A stretch of DNA of 64,000 nucleotides from Kiritimatiellia bacterium. Lineage in GTDB: Bacteria; Verrucomicrobiota; Kiritimatiellia; UBA8416; JABMPJ01. Below are positions 17,831-29,496 of this stretch, piece after piece; the stretch's first letter is position 1, and every line of letters begins with the position of its first letter. A program made the translations under genes and the position numbers. The stretch spans positions 64,955-128,954 of the forward strand of contig JADHWE010000001.1 in NCBI GenBank assembly GCA_016783675.1, read 5' to 3'. Under the pieces are notes generated by a model. The model did no database searches, was not told where the DNA came from, and saw only the letters and a list, made by a program, of their open reading frames with translations.

Positions 17831-19003
17831 TCAGGCGGATGCGATGAGGTCACGGAACCGCTGGAAGAGATAATAGGGGTCGTGCGGCCCCGGGCAGGCC
17901 TCGGGATGATACTGCACCGAGAACATCGGCGCCTGCCGATGTTGGATTCCCTCGACGGTCTGGTCATTGAGGTTGATGTGTGTCACCTCGACCTTGCTCA
18001 CGTCCAGACTGTCCGGATCCACTGCGAAGTTGTGGTTCTGCGAAGTAATCTCAACCTTTTTCGTCGAGAGGTCCATGACCGGATGGTTGCACCCGTGATG
18101 CCCGAACTTGAGGCGATAGGTGGATCCTCCCGCAGCTATGCTCAAGATCTGATGCCCCAGGCAGATGCCCATCATCGGAACCTGCCCCAGCAGGGCGGAT
18201 GCCGCCTTGGCGGCATAGCCCACGGCGGAGGGATCGGCTGGACCGTTTGACAGAAACACGCCATCCGGCTTCAGTGCCAACACGGCCTCCGCGGTGGTCG
18301 AAGCGGGTACGACTGTCACATCCATGCCGCTGCGACGCAGGCTGCGCAGGATGTTCCATTTGACACCAAAATCAAATGCCACGATTTTCAGGTCGGTCTC
18401 CGGCAGCTCGTCGGCCATCCCCCAGCTGCAGGTATGCTGCCCATCCGGGTCCCATGCATACGGCTCTTCGCACGTCACACGTGCGGCATAGTCCTGACCA
18501 TCCAGCCCCTCCCATGCCTTTGCCTTGGCAACCGCATCCGCCTCATCCACCGAGCCCGCAACGGCCAGGTATCCCTTGAGTGTACCCCCATCGCGCAACT
18601 TCGATGTCAGTGCCCGTGTGTCCAGGCCGGCGATCCCCGGAATGTCACTGCGAACCAGGCTTTCTCTGAGCGACTCCTCGGAACGCCAGTTGCTCGGCAC
18701 GTTCTCTTCGTGAACAATGAACCCGTTCGCGAAGAAGCGGCGCGATTCCATGTCTGCGGCGTTGATACCCGTGTTGCCGATCTCAGGGTAGGTCATGGTC
18801 ACAAACTGTCCGGCATAGGAGGGGTCGCTCAGAATCTCCTGGTACCCGCTCATGCCGGTGTTGAAAACAACTTCCCCCACCCCGTCACAGGCGGCACCGA
18901 TCGAGTAGCCGCGCAGAATCGTGCCGTCCTCAAGCGCCAGGAACGCGGCACGCTCTCTACGGGCGCGCCAGTTGTATCGATCTTCGTGAGTTGCCTGCTT
19001 CAT
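17831..19003 (-). CDS. carA: Carbamoyl-phosphate synthase small (glutaminase) subunit
   Basis: 390 aa. It contains GICLGHQ (the catalytic Cys) and HHGCNHPV, the CarA pattern. It has an ATGA overlap with the carB stop. Confidence 0.9.
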   Translation of the reverse strand: MKQATHEDRYNWRARRERAAFLALEDGTILRGYSIGAACDGVGEVVFNTGMSGYQEILSDPSYAGQFVTMTYPEIGNTGINAADMESRRFFANGFIVHEENVPSNWRSEESLRESLVRSDIPGIAGLDTRALTSKLRDGGTLKGYLAVAGSVDEADAVAKAKAWEGLDGQDYAARVTCEEPYAWDPDGQHTCSWGMADELPETDLKIVAFDFGVKWNILRSLRRSGMDVTVVPASTTAEAVLALKPDGVFLSNGPADPSAVGYAAKAASALLGQVPMMGICLGHQILSIAAGGSTYRLKFGHHGCNHPVMDLSTKKVEITSQNHNFAVDPDSLDVSKVEVTHINLNDQTVEGIQHRQAPMFSVQYHPEACPGPHDPYYLFQRFRDLIASA

Positions 19004-22000
19004 GATTTCCCCGCCAACGTGATCTCTGGCGCATGCCGGTGATATTCCTGTAAACTGCAGACTTGGATGCGCGAATCCGCTCGTACGGCCTGCAATCCGC
19101 TGATCGCCGCCCGCAGCCCGTCGGTCGTGGTTGTAATCGGAATGCCCCGAATCACCGCATGTGCACGCATCTTGACTTCGTCAATCCGTGGCCGAGGTCC
19201 CGACGAGCTTGTATTGATGATCCACCCCAGTTGCTTGGCCTCGATCATGTCGACAGCGCTGGGACGCCCCTCGGAGATCTTGAATACGGCCCGACTCTCA
19301 ATGCCCGCATCGCGCAGGACAGTGCTCGTCCCACAGGTGGCGTAGAGTGTGTACCCCAAGTCTTTCAGCTCTTTCGCGAGCGGGACAACACGTTCCTTGT
19401 CCGAATTACGTACACTCACAAACACGTTGCCGGCAGAAGGCAGTGCATTGCCGGCCGCCACCTGGCTCTTCAGAAACGCCATGCCGAAGGTTGAGTCGAT
19501 ACCCATCACTTCGCCGGTCGATTTCATCTCCGGACTCAGAACAACATCGATGCCCGGGAACCGCACAAACGGGAAGACCGCCTCTTTGACGGAAATATGG
19601 CGCGGCACAATCTCTTCGGTGAAGCCCATGTCCTTGAGCTTGTGACCGGCCATGGCCAGCGCGGCAAGCTTGGCGAGCGGCACGCCGATCGCCTTGCTTA
19701 CAAACGGGACGGTACGAGATGCGCGCGGATTCACCTCCAGCACATAGACCACCTCGTCCTGGATCGCGTACTGGATATTCATTAGCCCGCACACACCCAG
19801 TTCCTTGGCAAAGGCCTGTGTATACTCGCGAATCTTGTCTTTTACTTCATCGGACAAGGACTGCGACGGAATCATGCAAGCGCTGTCGCCGGAATGAACC
19901 CCTGCGAACTCCACGTGCTCCATGATCGCCCCGATCAAGGCGGTCTCACCGTCCGAGATGCAATCCACATCGACTTCAACCGCATCCTCAAGATAGCGAT
20001 CGATCAACACGGGCCGCTGCTGCGAGACCTCCACGGCCTCGGCCATGTAGCGCCGCAACATCTCCACGTCGTAAACGATCACCATGGCGCGCCCGCCCAG
20101 AACGAAAGAAGGGCGCATGAGGACGGGGAACCCGATTCGTTCGGCAATTGCCTCGGCCTCTTCCACGCTGGTAGCCAGCCCATTCTCAGGCTGCCTGACG
20201 CCAAGGCGCGTCGTCATCTCCTGGAAGAACTTGCGGTCTTCGGCTGCCTCGATGCTCGCCGGCTTGGTACCGATAATGTTTACCCCGTTCTCCTCAAGGT
20301 CCTTGGCCAGGTTAAGAGGGGTCTGTCCGCCGAACTGCACGATGGCGCCCCAGCAGTTCTCATTGCGGTAGATATGCAGCACGTCTTCCAGTGTCAGGGG
20401 CTCAAAGTAGAGCCGGTCGCTGGTATCATAGTCCGTACTAACCGTCTCCGGGTTGCTGTTGACCATGATGGTCTCGAACCCCGCGTCATGCAGCGCGTAC
20501 GAAGCATGCACACAGCAGTAGTCGAACTCGATCCCCTGCCCGATCCGGTTCGGCCCGCCGCCGAGAATCATGATCTTCCGCTTGTCCGAGGCCCGGCTCT
20601 CGTTGATCTCGCCATAGGTCGAGTAGAAATACGGAGTGTAGGCCGTGAATTCGGCGGCACACGTATCGACCGAACCGTATACCGGCAACAGGTCAAGGTC
20701 GGTCCGGGCCTGGCGGACATCCGCCTCGCTGCAATCGAGCAGCCACGCGATCTGTTTGTCGGAGTAGCCGAACTCCTTGGCCTGGCGAAACAGCGGCAGG
20801 TCAGTTTTCAGAGCTTCGAGCGCCCCGGCACCGCGGATCTCGTCTTCATAGGCGGCCAGTTCCTCTATGTGCCTCAGGAACCAGGGATCGATCGCGGTCA
20901 GCTCATGGAGACGTTCCATCGTCCAACCACGCCGGAATGCCACACGCACGGCAAAGATTCGGTTCGAGTTCGGCGTGGTCAGCCGCTCAGCCAGCTCGTC
21001 ATCAGTGAACGGCTCCAAGCCGCCGTCCTTGCCGTCCGCACCCAGACCGGCGCGTCCGGTTTCCAGGCCGCGCAATGCCTTCTGGAGCGACTGCTTGAAG
21101 TTCTTGCCTATGCTCATCGTCTCGCCGACCGATTTCATCTGTGTGCCAAGCTCGTCACCGGCGGCGGCGAACTTCTCGAAAGCGAAGCGTGGCACCTTGG
21201 TCACTACGTAGTCGATCGTCGGCTCAAAGCAGGCTGGCGTTTCCTGCGTGATATCGTTGCGAATCTCATCGAGGGTGTACCCCACGGCCAGCTTGGCGGC
21301 GATCTTCGCGATCGGGAAACCGGTTGCTTTCGACGCCAGCGCGCTCGACCGCGACACGCGCGGATTCATCTCGATGATAACCATGCGCCCGTTGGCCGGG
21401 TTCAGGGCAAATTGCACATTGGAGCCGCCTGTCTCGACCCCAATCTCGCGCATCACGGCCAGGGATGCATCGCGCATTATCTGGTACTCACGGTCGGTGA
21501 GTGTCTGCGCCGGCGCAACGGTAATGCTGTCGCCGGTGTGTATGCCCATGGGGTCAAGATTCTCGATCGAACAGACGATTACGCAGTTGTCTTTGACATC
21601 GCGCATGACCTCGAGCTCGAATTCCTTCCACCCCAGAATGGACTCCTCGATCAGGACCTCGCTAGTCGGGCTGTAGAAGAGACCACGCGCCACGATCTCG
21701 TCGAACTGTTCCTGGTTGTACGCGATGCCGCCACCCGTTCCGCCGAGAGTGAAGCCGGGACGAATGACCAGCGGGAAGTCCCCGATCTCGTCACGAACGG
21801 CGTAGGCCTCTTCCATGTTGTGGGCCGAGCCGCTGCGAGGCAAGTCCAAGCCGATCTTCTGCATGGCCTGTTTAAAGAGGTCACGGTCTTCAGCCTTGCG
21901 GATAACGTCAGCGCGCGCACCGACCATCTCTACGCCATTGCGTTCGAGAACGCCGCGACGCGACAGCTCCAGTGAGAGATTCAGTCCGGTCTGACCTCCG

Positions 22001-22269
22001 AGAGTTGGAAGCAACGCGTCCGGCCGCTCGCGGCGAATGATTTCGGCCAAGGTATCGGGGTCAAGCGACTCGATATAGGTGCGATCCGCGAACTCCGGGT
22101 CCGTCATGATCGTCGCCGGATTGCTGTTGACCAGCACGACCTCGTACCCCTCTTCACGCAGGGCCTTACAGGCCTGCGCCCCGGAGTAGTCGAATTCACA
22201 GGCTTGCCCGATGATGATCGGGCCCGACCCGATGATCATAATCTTATGGATGTCATCTCTACGCGGCAT
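19000..22269 (-). CDS. carB: Carbamoyl-phosphate synthase large subunit
   Basis: 1089 aa with duplicated ATP-grasp halves ([22 protein letters not shown] and [22 protein letters not shown]) and a C-terminal MGS-like domain. Confidence 0.95.
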   Translation of the reverse strand: MPRRDDIHKIMIIGSGPIIIGQACEFDYSGAQACKALREEGYEVVLVNSNPATIMTDPEFADRTYIESLDPDTLAEIIRRERPDALLPTLGGQTGLNLSLELSRRGVLERNGVEMVGARADVIRKAEDRDLFKQAMQKIGLDLPRSGSAHNMEEAYAVRDEIGDFPLVIRPGFTLGGTGGGIAYNQEQFDEIVARGLFYSPTSEVLIEESILGWKEFELEVMRDVKDNCVIVCSIENLDPMGIHTGDSITVAPAQTLTDREYQIMRDASLAVMREIGVETGGSNVQFALNPANGRMVIIEMNPRVSRSSALASKATGFPIAKIAAKLAVGYTLDEIRNDITQETPACFEPTIDYVVTKVPRFAFEKFAAAGDELGTQMKSVGETMSIGKNFKQSLQKALRGLETGRAGLGADGKDGGLEPFTDDELAERLTTPNSNRIFAVRVAFRRGWTMERLHELTAIDPWFLRHIEELAAYEDEIRGAGALEALKTDLPLFRQAKEFGYSDKQIAWLLDCSEADVRQARTDLDLLPVYGSVDTCAAEFTAYTPYFYSTYGEINESRASDKRKIMILGGGPNRIGQGIEFDYCCVHASYALHDAGFETIMVNSNPETVSTDYDTSDRLYFEPLTLEDVLHIYRNENCWGAIVQFGGQTPLNLAKDLEENGVNIIGTKPASIEAAEDRKFFQEMTTRLGVRQPENGLATSVEEAEAIAERIGFPVLMRPSFVLGGRAMVIVYDVEMLRRYMAEAVEVSQQRPVLIDRYLEDAVEVDVDCISDGETALIGAIMEHVEFAGVHSGDSACMIPSQSLSDEVKDKIREYTQAFAKELGVCGLMNIQYAIQDEVVYVLEVNPRASRTVPFVSKAIGVPLAKLAALAMAGHKLKDMGFTEEIVPRHISVKEAVFPFVRFPGIDVVLSPEMKSTGEVMGIDSTFGMAFLKSQVAAGNALPSAGNVFVSVRNSDKERVVPLAKELKDLGYTLYATCGTSTVLRDAGIESRAVFKISEGRPSAVDMIEAKQLGWIINTSSSGPRPRIDEVKMRAHAVIRGIPITTTTDGLRAAISGLQAVRADSRIQVCSLQEYHRHAPEITLAGKS

Positions 22270-22319
22270 CTTGCATCCTCATCACAGTGTGTTCCATTCC
22301 AATGCTCTTCCTTCACTTG

Positions 22320-23954
22320 TCACGCCGTAGACCCGCGAAGCGGGCGAAGGCGGATTGCCGCTGCAACAAAGCCGGCAAAGATCGGATGGGCCTCGAGTGG
22401 GGTTGACTGGAACTCCGGGTGGAACTGGCAGGCCACGAACCAGGGATGCGCGGGTAGTTCAACCATCTCGACCAAGCCCCCGTCGGGCGACAGCCCCGCC
22501 AGAACCAGGCCATTCTCATTCAACTGGTCGCGGTACGCATTGTTTACCTCGTAGCGGTGTCGATGCCGCTCGGAAATCTTCTTTGCCTGGTACAGCTCAT
22601 GGGCGCGGCTTTCCTCCGTCAGAACGCATGGATAGGCCCCCAGGCGCATGGTCCCGCCCATGTTGATGATCTTCTTCTGCTCTTCCATCAGGTCAATCAC
22701 GGGATGCGGGGTGTCGGGCGCAAATTCCATACTGTGGGCGTCTTCCAGGCCACACACGTTGCGGGCAAACTCGATCACCGCGCACTGCATGCCCAGGCAG
22801 ATACCGAAAAACGGCATTCCGCCCTCACGCGCGTAGCGAATGGCGGCGATCTTGCCCTCAATGCCGCGGTCACCGAAACCGCCCGGGACAAGCACACCAG
22901 AGACGCCATCCAGCGCCGCCGCAGCCCCGCGCGCCTCGATATCCTCGGATTCCACCATCCGAACCTTGACCCGCACGTTGTTGGCGATCCCTCCGTGCGT
23001 CAAAGCCTCGTAGATGCTCTTGTAGGAGTCCTGCAGGCCAATGTACTTGCCAACCACGGCAATCTCGACCTCGCCATGCTTCGGCTCAACGAACCGCTTG
23101 ACCATGGCCCGCCAGTCCGCCACGTCGAGGCGGTTGACATGAAGCTTGAGCCGCTCCAGCACATAGACATCCAGATCCTGCGCCGCCAGCTCCAATGGCA
23201 CCTCGTATATGGTGTTGGCCACATCCTTTTCCTCGACCACCAGGTTAAGTGGCACGTTGCAGAAAAGGGCGAGCTTCTCACGGTGCTCCAGTTCCATCGA
23301 CCGTTCGCAGCGACAGACCAGGATATCAGGGATGATGCCGATCGTGCGGAGGATGCCAACGGACTGTTGCGACGGCTTGGTTTTCAGTTCGCCGGCCGCC
23401 CGGATATAGGGCACCAGCGTGATATGCATGAACATGGCGTTATCGTAGCCAATATCCTGGCGGACCTGCCGGATAGCTTCCAGGTACGGCAGCGACTCGA
23501 TATCCCCGACCGTTCCGCCAATCTCTGTGATCACGATGTCCGTGTCATCATCGTCAAGCGAGTAGATCGCTTCCTTGATCTCGTTCGTGATGTGAGGGAT
23601 CACCTGCACGGTCTTACCCAGGTACCCGCCCTCACGTTCCCGCGAAATAACAGAGCTGTAAATCCGTCCGGTCGTATAGTTGCTCGCCTGCGAGCACGGT
23701 ATTCCCGTGAAGCGCTCGTAATGACCCAGGTCCAGATCCGTCTCCGCCCCGTCGTCGGTTACATACACCTCGCCGTGCTGGAACGGCGACATCGTGCCGG
23801 GATCCACATTCAGGTAAGGGTCCAGCTTCTGCAGCTTGATCCGGTAGCCGCGTCGCTGCAGCAGCATGGCCACAGAGGCCGCCGTCAGCCCCTTCCCCAG
23901 TGAGGATACCACTCCGCCGGTCACGAAAATGTGCTTGGTCATCTTCTTCATCAT
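22320..23954 (-). CDS. pyrG: CTP synthase
   Basis: It contains [16 protein letters not shown] and a glutamine amidotransferase C-terminus (GICLGMQ). The likely true start is MTKHIF at 23939. Confidence 0.95.
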   Translation of the reverse strand: MMKKMTKHIFVTGGVVSSLGKGLTAASVAMLLQRRGYRIKLQKLDPYLNVDPGTMSPFQHGEVYVTDDGAETDLDLGHYERFTGIPCSQASNYTTGRIYSSVISREREGGYLGKTVQVIPHITNEIKEAIYSLDDDDTDIVITEIGGTVGDIESLPYLEAIRQVRQDIGYDNAMFMHITLVPYIRAAGELKTKPSQQSVGILRTIGIIPDILVCRCERSMELEHREKLALFCNVPLNLVVEEKDVANTIYEVPLELAAQDLDVYVLERLKLHVNRLDVADWRAMVKRFVEPKHGEVEIAVVGKYIGLQDSYKSIYEALTHGGIANNVRVKVRMVESEDIEARGAAAALDGVSGVLVPGGFGDRGIEGKIAAIRYAREGGMPFFGICLGMQCAVIEFARNVCGLEDAHSMEFAPDTPHPVIDLMEEQKKIINMGGTMRLGAYPCVLTEESRAHELYQAKKISERHRHRYEVNNAYRDQLNENGLVLAGLSPDGGLVEMVELPAHPWFVACQFHPEFQSTPLEAHPIFAGFVAAAIRLRPLRGSTA

Positions 23955-23958
23955 CTTC

Positions 23959-25473
23959 CTATCGATTGAACGGCAATTCAGGATTCAGCGACTCGTGGCG
24001 ATTCTTGTCGCCCAAACCTTCCACGCTCAGAGGGTATTCGCCCGAGAAACAGGCTTTGCAGTAGTCTGAAGCATTCTCGAAGGGCGAGAGCAAGCCTTCC
24101 TCGCTCAGGTATCCCAGTGTATCAGCGCCAATAAATTCTCGAATCTCCTCAACGCTCTGCCCTCCTGCAATCAACTCCTCGCGTGTCGGAAAATCAATGC
24201 CGTAGAAGCAGGGGTGTGCAACGGGAGGGCACGAGATCCTGACGTGCACTTCCTTCGCGCCGGCACTCCGCAGCCAGGCCACGCGACGCTGCACCGTTGT
24301 ACCGCGAACGATCGAGTCATCCACCACTATGACGCGCTTCCCGTCAACCACCTGGGGCAACACCGCCAACTTCAGGTCCACTCCCGCCGACCGCTGCTCG
24401 GCCTCGGGCATGATGAACGTACGCCCGATGTAATGGTTCCTGATAAACCCGAAATCAAACGGAATCCCGCTTTCGCGCGAGTAGCCCAAGGCTGCCGAAT
24501 TGCCACTGTCCGGCACGGGAATCACAATATCGCCCTCAACGGGATGTTCCTTGGCCAGACAGGCGCCGTACTGCATGCGGATCTCGTGGACGTTATCCCC
24601 GAACACGACGCTGTCCGGCCGGGCGAAGTAAACCATCTCGAAGACGCAGTGCGCCCGGTGTGCCGGCGGATCGGCAAACATGGAACTGTGCAGCCCAGTC
24701 TCATCCACCATCACCAATTCGCCGGGTTCCACATCACGCAGGTACTCGGCCCCCGTCTGAGCCATCGCGCATGTTTCGCTCGCAAAGACGTAGCCATCGC
24801 CCAGTCGGCCGATCGAAAGCGGTCTGAACCCGTGGGGATCCCGGGCGGCCATGACACAGTCCTTGGTCATGATTAGGAACGCAAACGCACCGCGCAGTTC
24901 AGCCAGTGCTCTCGCTACACGCTGCGGACGGCGCCGATACATCGGATCCGCAAGGATATGCACCAGCACTTCACTGTCCGTACTGGTCTGGAAAATCGCG
25001 CCGGCGTCCTGGTACATCCGTCGCAGCTTGTCCGCGTTCGTGAGGTTCCCGTTGTGAGCCAACGCCCAGATTCCGTCCACACACTCCACCACCAAAGGCT
25101 GAACATTGTGAATGCGGGTGGAACCGGTCGTGGAGTACCTGACATGCCCGATGCCGCGATTCCAGTCCTCGGGCAGAACGGTTGGGTCGGAGAACACCTC
25201 GCTGACGAGCCCCTGCCCCTTGTGAGAACGGACATGCGCGCCGTCGCTGACGACAATGCCACAGCCCTCTTGACCACGATGCTGAAGCGCGAAGAGGCCG
25301 CGGTGAACGTGCCCCGCCGCCTTCTCCACGCCGAAGACACCGAAGATACCGCACTCCTCTTTGGGGCTGTCTGACTGTCGATGCGGGCTCTTCGTATGCA
25401 CAGGCTCTCTCGTCTTGTGTAGCTTACCGTCCGGTTCGCACGGTACGGTACAACACCCCTTTTCGGCAATCAA
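23959..25473 (-). CDS. purF: Amidophosphoribosyltransferase
   Basis: The class-II Ntn motif CGIFGVFG is present, and the PRPP-binding motif [13 protein letters not shown]. The N-terminal boundary is uncertain because about 40 aa precede the catalytic Cys in the longest ORF. Confidence 0.9.
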   Translation of the reverse strand: MIAEKGCCTVPCEPDGKLHKTREPVHTKSPHRQSDSPKEECGIFGVFGVEKAAGHVHRGLFALQHRGQEGCGIVVSDGAHVRSHKGQGLVSEVFSDPTVLPEDWNRGIGHVRYSTTGSTRIHNVQPLVVECVDGIWALAHNGNLTNADKLRRMYQDAGAIFQTSTDSEVLVHILADPMYRRRPQRVARALAELRGAFAFLIMTKDCVMAARDPHGFRPLSIGRLGDGYVFASETCAMAQTGAEYLRDVEPGELVMVDETGLHSSMFADPPAHRAHCVFEMVYFARPDSVVFGDNVHEIRMQYGACLAKEHPVEGDIVIPVPDSGNSAALGYSRESGIPFDFGFIRNHYIGRTFIMPEAEQRSAGVDLKLAVLPQVVDGKRVIVVDDSIVRGTTVQRRVAWLRSAGAKEVHVRISCPPVAHPCFYGIDFPTREELIAGGQSVEEIREFIGADTLGYLSEEGLLSPFENASDYCKACFSGEYPLSVEGLGDKNRHESLNPELPFNR

Positions 25474-25558
25474 GCAACAAAGATCCGAGGGGGCGTTTTC
25501 CGGAGATAAGCGGCCCGGCCAAGGCGCGGCGAGAGGGAATCGGAAACAGAAACCGCAG

Positions 25559-26659
25559 TCAGGCTGACCGGCCCAACATACGGACCAGCAGCAGTTCCAT
25601 TACCACGTCATCCGGAGTTCGACTGCTCACCAGTTCAGCATGGGCCTGCACCAGCGCCTGTCGGCATCTTTCCAGTTCCTTACCCGTGAACTTCGAGGCC
25701 TGTTCGGCCAGCAACAGGAGTCGATAAGGGTGTTCCTTGCGTGGATCCCGGCCCACATCCTCCGTCAGAATCGCGTCTACTTCGGGCGGCAGGTCCGTCC
25801 AGACCGCCTGCTTGCCACGTCCGCTGCCCTGGCTTCTCAACCAACGTTTGTTGATGGCCTCACGCAAGAGCTGTAGCTGGGCGATCCGGTTCTCGATGCC
25901 GCGAATCAGCATGAACGCGGGCTGACGCTCGAATAGCAGTTGCCTCAGAACTCTCAGTGCCCGGGGGAGATCGCGAGCGCCCACGGCATCGGCCAGGTCC
26001 CAGCCCACCGCTTCACGCGACGAGCTTGTAATGGCTTCTACGTCGGCCGGCGCCACCGTGTTGCGTTCACCCGTGTACGCCGCCAGCTTCTCGACTTCAG
26101 ACGCAATCTGACGTGAATCCAGCCCCACACGGTCGAGAAATGCCCGCACAACGTCCCGGCTTGCCTTCAGCCCGGCCATCTTGAACCGGTCAGCGGCGAA
26201 CTGCTCCGCATCCGCCTCAGCCATACGGGCTTTGGCGGCACGCGCGAATTCATGCAGCTCGCCCGCAGCCTTGCATGCCTTGAAAAACGCCGATCGCTTG
26301 TCCACGCCCGTGGCCGAGATCACCAGCGACTGTCCCGGCGGTAGCCCCGCTTTGATCAGGTCCGCCAGGCGGCCCACGGCCGTCTTGGCCGCCTCGCTTT
26401 TGGCGACTTGGGCCGTGCCGAGAAAGGTGGCCCCCTTCAGCCAGACGGTCTTCTCCGCACTGAACAGGCCTGATGTCTGCAGTGCTTCGAGGCATTTCCC
26501 GACGGCAGATGTCACCTCATCCCCATTGGCCGCGTCGGCATCTATGATCTCACGCGCCATCACGTCGTCGATGGGAGCCAGTCCGTCCATGATCTGCGCC
26601 GTCTTGGCCGATACTTGGTATTCGTCCTCACCAAACACTAAATACAGGTGTTCTGACAT
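25559..26659 (-). CDS. holA: DNA polymerase III delta subunit
   Basis: 366 aa. The N-terminus MSEHLYLVFGEDEYQV and the overall helical C-terminal domain resemble HolA. Confidence 0.7.
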   Translation of the reverse strand: MSEHLYLVFGEDEYQVSAKTAQIMDGLAPIDDVMAREIIDADAANGDEVTSAVGKCLEALQTSGLFSAEKTVWLKGATFLGTAQVAKSEAAKTAVGRLADLIKAGLPPGQSLVISATGVDKRSAFFKACKAAGELHEFARAAKARMAEADAEQFAADRFKMAGLKASRDVVRAFLDRVGLDSRQIASEVEKLAAYTGERNTVAPADVEAITSSSREAVGWDLADAVGARDLPRALRVLRQLLFERQPAFMLIRGIENRIAQLQLLREAINKRWLRSQGSGRGKQAVWTDLPPEVDAILTEDVGRDPRKEHPYRLLLLAEQASKFTGKELERCRQALVQAHAELVSSRTPDDVVMELLLVRMLGRSA

Positions 26660-26732
26660 GAATTCACCATACGGTATCGGTCCTTAATCGGCAATCGACA
26701 ATCGCCTGCGGGGTCCATACTATTCCCCTGTC

Positions 26733-28355
26733 ATGAAGCACTCGGTGTCCAAAGAGCGTGCCCGGAAGATCCGGACACGAGAAAAACAGGCCGGCAAAAC
26801 GGCATCCGACCACCTGCCAACACTGCAACGGCCGGTCTACGGCTACCTTCTGGCCATGCTCCTCTGGTTGGTGACCACCTTACTGGTGCATGCCGACCAG
26901 TTCTTCGGTGGCGCCGTGGCCAACGTGCCCGGGTTCAGTATCATGGGCGACGCCGTATTTCTGCTGGCCGGTCTCTTTGCTGTCGCGCTGGCTCTCCAGA
27001 TGGTGGTGCCGCAAAAGATGCGCAATAACGCCCGCGTGCTTCTCCTGGTCCTGGTCGCGCTGGTAGCCACGGCAGCGGCGCGGGTTACGCTGTACGGGGT
27101 CCAGACGGCTTTCCCGATCAGGCCCGAGATAGTGGTATTCCTGATTCCGGTTGCACTGGCACCGCTCATGGCCACCATAATGCTGGGGGGAATCACCGGG
27201 GCGCTCCTCGGTTTCTGGACCAGTCTGGTGATGTCCGTGATGCTTGACCGCAGTTTTGCGGTCCTCCTCACGGGAATTGCTGCCAGCGTTGTCGCAGCAC
27301 GAATCGCCGACCAGGTCCGGACACGTGCCAAAGTGATCCGTACCGGCATTGTCGTTGGCTTGGCCGAGGTAACCCTGGTCCTCGCCGTAACCGCCCTGCA
27401 CTGGCGAAGCACCGATATAATGCTGGTTTTCGACCAAGCCGGCGCTTGCCTGCTGAGCGGGTTCCTGTCCGCCCTCGTAGTGCTCCTCATCCTCCCCGCG
27501 TTCGAGTCCCTGTTCCAGATCACGACGAACCTGACCCTGCTGGAATTGACCGACCTGAGTCATCCCCTCTTGCAGCGCCTCGCCATCGAGGCCCCGGGCA
27601 CGTACCACCACAGCCTGATCGTCGCGAACCTGGCCCAGGTTGCCGCCGACGACATCGGTGCGAATTCGCTGCTGGCACGTGTCTGCGCCTACTTCCACGA
27701 TGTCGGGAAGCTCACCAAGCCGGACTTCTTTGCCGAGAACCTCAACCAGCGGGGCAATCCACACGACGATCTCCCGCCCAGCATGAGCACGCTCGTCATT
27801 ACGGCGCATGTCAAGGAGGGCCTCTCCCTGGCGATGATGCACAAGCTGCCCACGCCGGTCAGAGCAGTGATCACGGAACACCACGGCACGAGCCTCGTCT
27901 CCTGCTTCCATCACAAGGCCAAGTCACAGAAGGAGAACGAGATCGTCGGTGGCAACGAACGCGTTGACGAAGGCGACTTCCGCTATCCCGGCCCGCGCCC
28001 GTCGTTCAAGGAATCAGCTATCATCTGCCTGGCTGACTCCGTTGAGGCCGCCTCGCGTACCATTGAGAAGACCACTCCGGGGCACATCGAGCAGCTCGTG
28101 GCGGGGATCGTTAACCAGAAGCTGACAGATGGCCAGCTCGACGACTGCGCACTGTCACTGCTGGAGCTTACCCGCATCAAGCGATCCTTCGTCTTCACCC
28201 TCACTAATATGCTGCATGGGCGTGTGCCCTACCCGAAAGATGAAGATAATCAACAGTCAAAACCGGTGGCAAACGGACGAACCGAAGGTCAGAGCATTGG
28301 TCGAACATCTCCTGGACCGGGCCGAGGGTCCGGCGAAGGAAAGTCGTCCTCGTGA
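26733..28355 (+). CDS. pgpH: 7TM-HD membrane phosphohydrolase (PgpH/YqfF-like, candidate cyclic-di-AMP phosphodiesterase)
   Basis: A polytopic membrane region is followed by an HD domain (TYHHSLIVANLA ... YFHDVGK ... ITEHHGT). The 3' ~116 nt overlap ybeY in another frame and encode a low-complexity tail. Confidence 0.7.
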   Translation: MKHSVSKERARKIRTREKQAGKTASDHLPTLQRPVYGYLLAMLLWLVTTLLVHADQFFGGAVANVPGFSIMGDAVFLLAGLFAVALALQMVVPQKMRNNARVLLLVLVALVATAAARVTLYGVQTAFPIRPEIVVFLIPVALAPLMATIMLGGITGALLGFWTSLVMSVMLDRSFAVLLTGIAASVVAARIADQVRTRAKVIRTGIVVGLAEVTLVLAVTALHWRSTDIMLVFDQAGACLLSGFLSALVVLLILPAFESLFQITTNLTLLELTDLSHPLLQRLAIEAPGTYHHSLIVANLAQVAADDIGANSLLARVCAYFHDVGKLTKPDFFAENLNQRGNPHDDLPPSMSTLVITAHVKEGLSLAMMHKLPTPVRAVITEHHGTSLVSCFHHKAKSQKENEIVGGNERVDEGDFRYPGPRPSFKESAIICLADSVEAASRTIEKTTPGHIEQLVAGIVNQKLTDGQLDDCALSLLELTRIKRSFVFTLTNMLHGRVPYPKDEDNQQSKPVANGRTEGQSIGRTSPGPGRGSGEGKSSS

Positions 28356-28716
28356 ACTGTCCATCATCCTGATGGATGATGAGGGCATCACGAAGGTCAA
28401 TGAAGCATTGCTCCAGCACGAGGGGGCAACGGATGTCATTACGGTTCGTTACCACGCCCTCCCGGGAGAAGATGAACGTGACGGCATTGCCGAACTGTAC
28501 GTCAACGTGGAACGGGCTGTACAACTTGCCCGCCGCGGATGGCCTGCAGGCCGGGAGCTGGCGCTCTACCTGGCGCACGGCTGCGACCATCTTGCCGGGG
28601 AGGACGACGCTACACCGGTACAGCGGGCGCGGATGCGCCGGCGCGAGCTGAAATGGCTGCGTGAAGCAGAAGAGACAGGATACGAACTGGCCGCCATACT
28701 GGGCGATGAACACTGA
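28240..28716 (+). CDS. ybeY: rRNA maturation endoribonuclease YbeY
   Basis: MKIINSQ...LSIILMDDEGITKVNEALLQHEGATDVITV and LAHGCDHLAGEDD fit YbeY. The canonical H-x3-H-x5-H has Asp at the third ligand position. The ATG at 28240 was verified in the sequence. Confidence 0.75.
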   Translation: MKIINSQNRWQTDEPKVRALVEHLLDRAEGPAKESRPRELSIILMDDEGITKVNEALLQHEGATDVITVRYHALPGEDERDGIAELYVNVERAVQLARRGWPAGRELALYLAHGCDHLAGEDDATPVQRARMRRRELKWLREAEETGYELAAILGDEH

Positions 28717-28737
28717 GAACCACGGGACTGATGCACC

Positions 28738-29496
28738 ATGATCAAGGGCTTCGCTAAACGGATCCGGGCCAATATCCTCGTCGGGTTCTTCCTGACCGTG
28801 CCGATTGTGGCTACGATTCTGATCTTCAACTTCCTTTTTGACCTGGCTACGGGCTGGCTTCCACCAAGCATCATGCCTCAACTGCGCTCGACGTGGGCCG
28901 GACAGCTTCTCCTCCAGATCGTTACGCTCCTGGCCATTCTGATCGCCTGCGGACTTGTAGGACTTCTCACGCGCAACTTCCTGGGCCGACACCTCTTCCG
29001 CTTCAGCGATACACTCCTGGCACGCATTCCCGTCATCAAGGGCATCTACGTCTCCGTTCGACAGATTAGCGAATCCCTCTTTACGCAGCGCAAGACGCTC
29101 TTCAAAGAGGTCGTCATGATTGAGTACCCCCGCAAGGGACTGCACTCCCTTGCCTTTGTAACCGCGCGCGTGCCGGATGGGTTGGCTGCCAACCTGACCA
29201 AGGGCCGTGACCGCTCCGAATGCGTCAGCATATTCATTCCCACAACCCCCAACCCGACTTCCGGCGTACTGATTCTTCTGCCGCGATCCGAGACCATTGC
29301 CATCGACATGGATGTGGGGGAAGCCCTGACATTCATCATGTCGGCCGGCGCCGTCTCGCCAGGCGAGGGGGGCAGCGCAGCCCCCACCCTCCTTGACAAG
29401 CTTGAGGCCTGGCTCAGACAGAGCGATGAGCCCCACACAGACGATTCACACGCCGTCCCGGAGGCCACGGAAAATGTCGACCGAACTCAAGGCTGA
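28738..29496 (+). CDS. DUF502-family membrane protein
   Basis: 252 aa. The N-terminal TM pair FFLTVPIVATILIFNFLFDL and the following conserved core (IPVIKGIY, PTTPNPTSG) are typical of DUF502. Confidence 0.6.
   Translation: MIKGFAKRIRANILVGFFLTVPIVATILIFNFLFDLATGWLPPSIMPQLRSTWAGQLLLQIVTLLAILIACGLVGLLTRNFLGRHLFRFSDTLLARIPVIKGIYVSVRQISESLFTQRKTLFKEVVMIEYPRKGLHSLAFVTARVPDGLAANLTKGRDRSECVSIFIPTTPNPTSGVLILLPRSETIAIDMDVGEALTFIMSAGAVSPGEGGSAAPTLLDKLEAWLRQSDEPHTDDSHAVPEATENVDRTQG

Noticed and set aside
19894-21975. A 693-aa plus-strand ORF antisense to carB. Similar very long antisense ORFs occur at 11759-13366, 40657-42057, 45702-47273, 47677-49044, 53209-54933 and 55367-56572.
   Set aside because: Each lies fully inside a gene with unmistakable family motifs on the opposite strand. 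Their translations are Arg/Pro/His-rich low-complexity sequence, typical of stop-poor antisense frames in GC-rich DNA.
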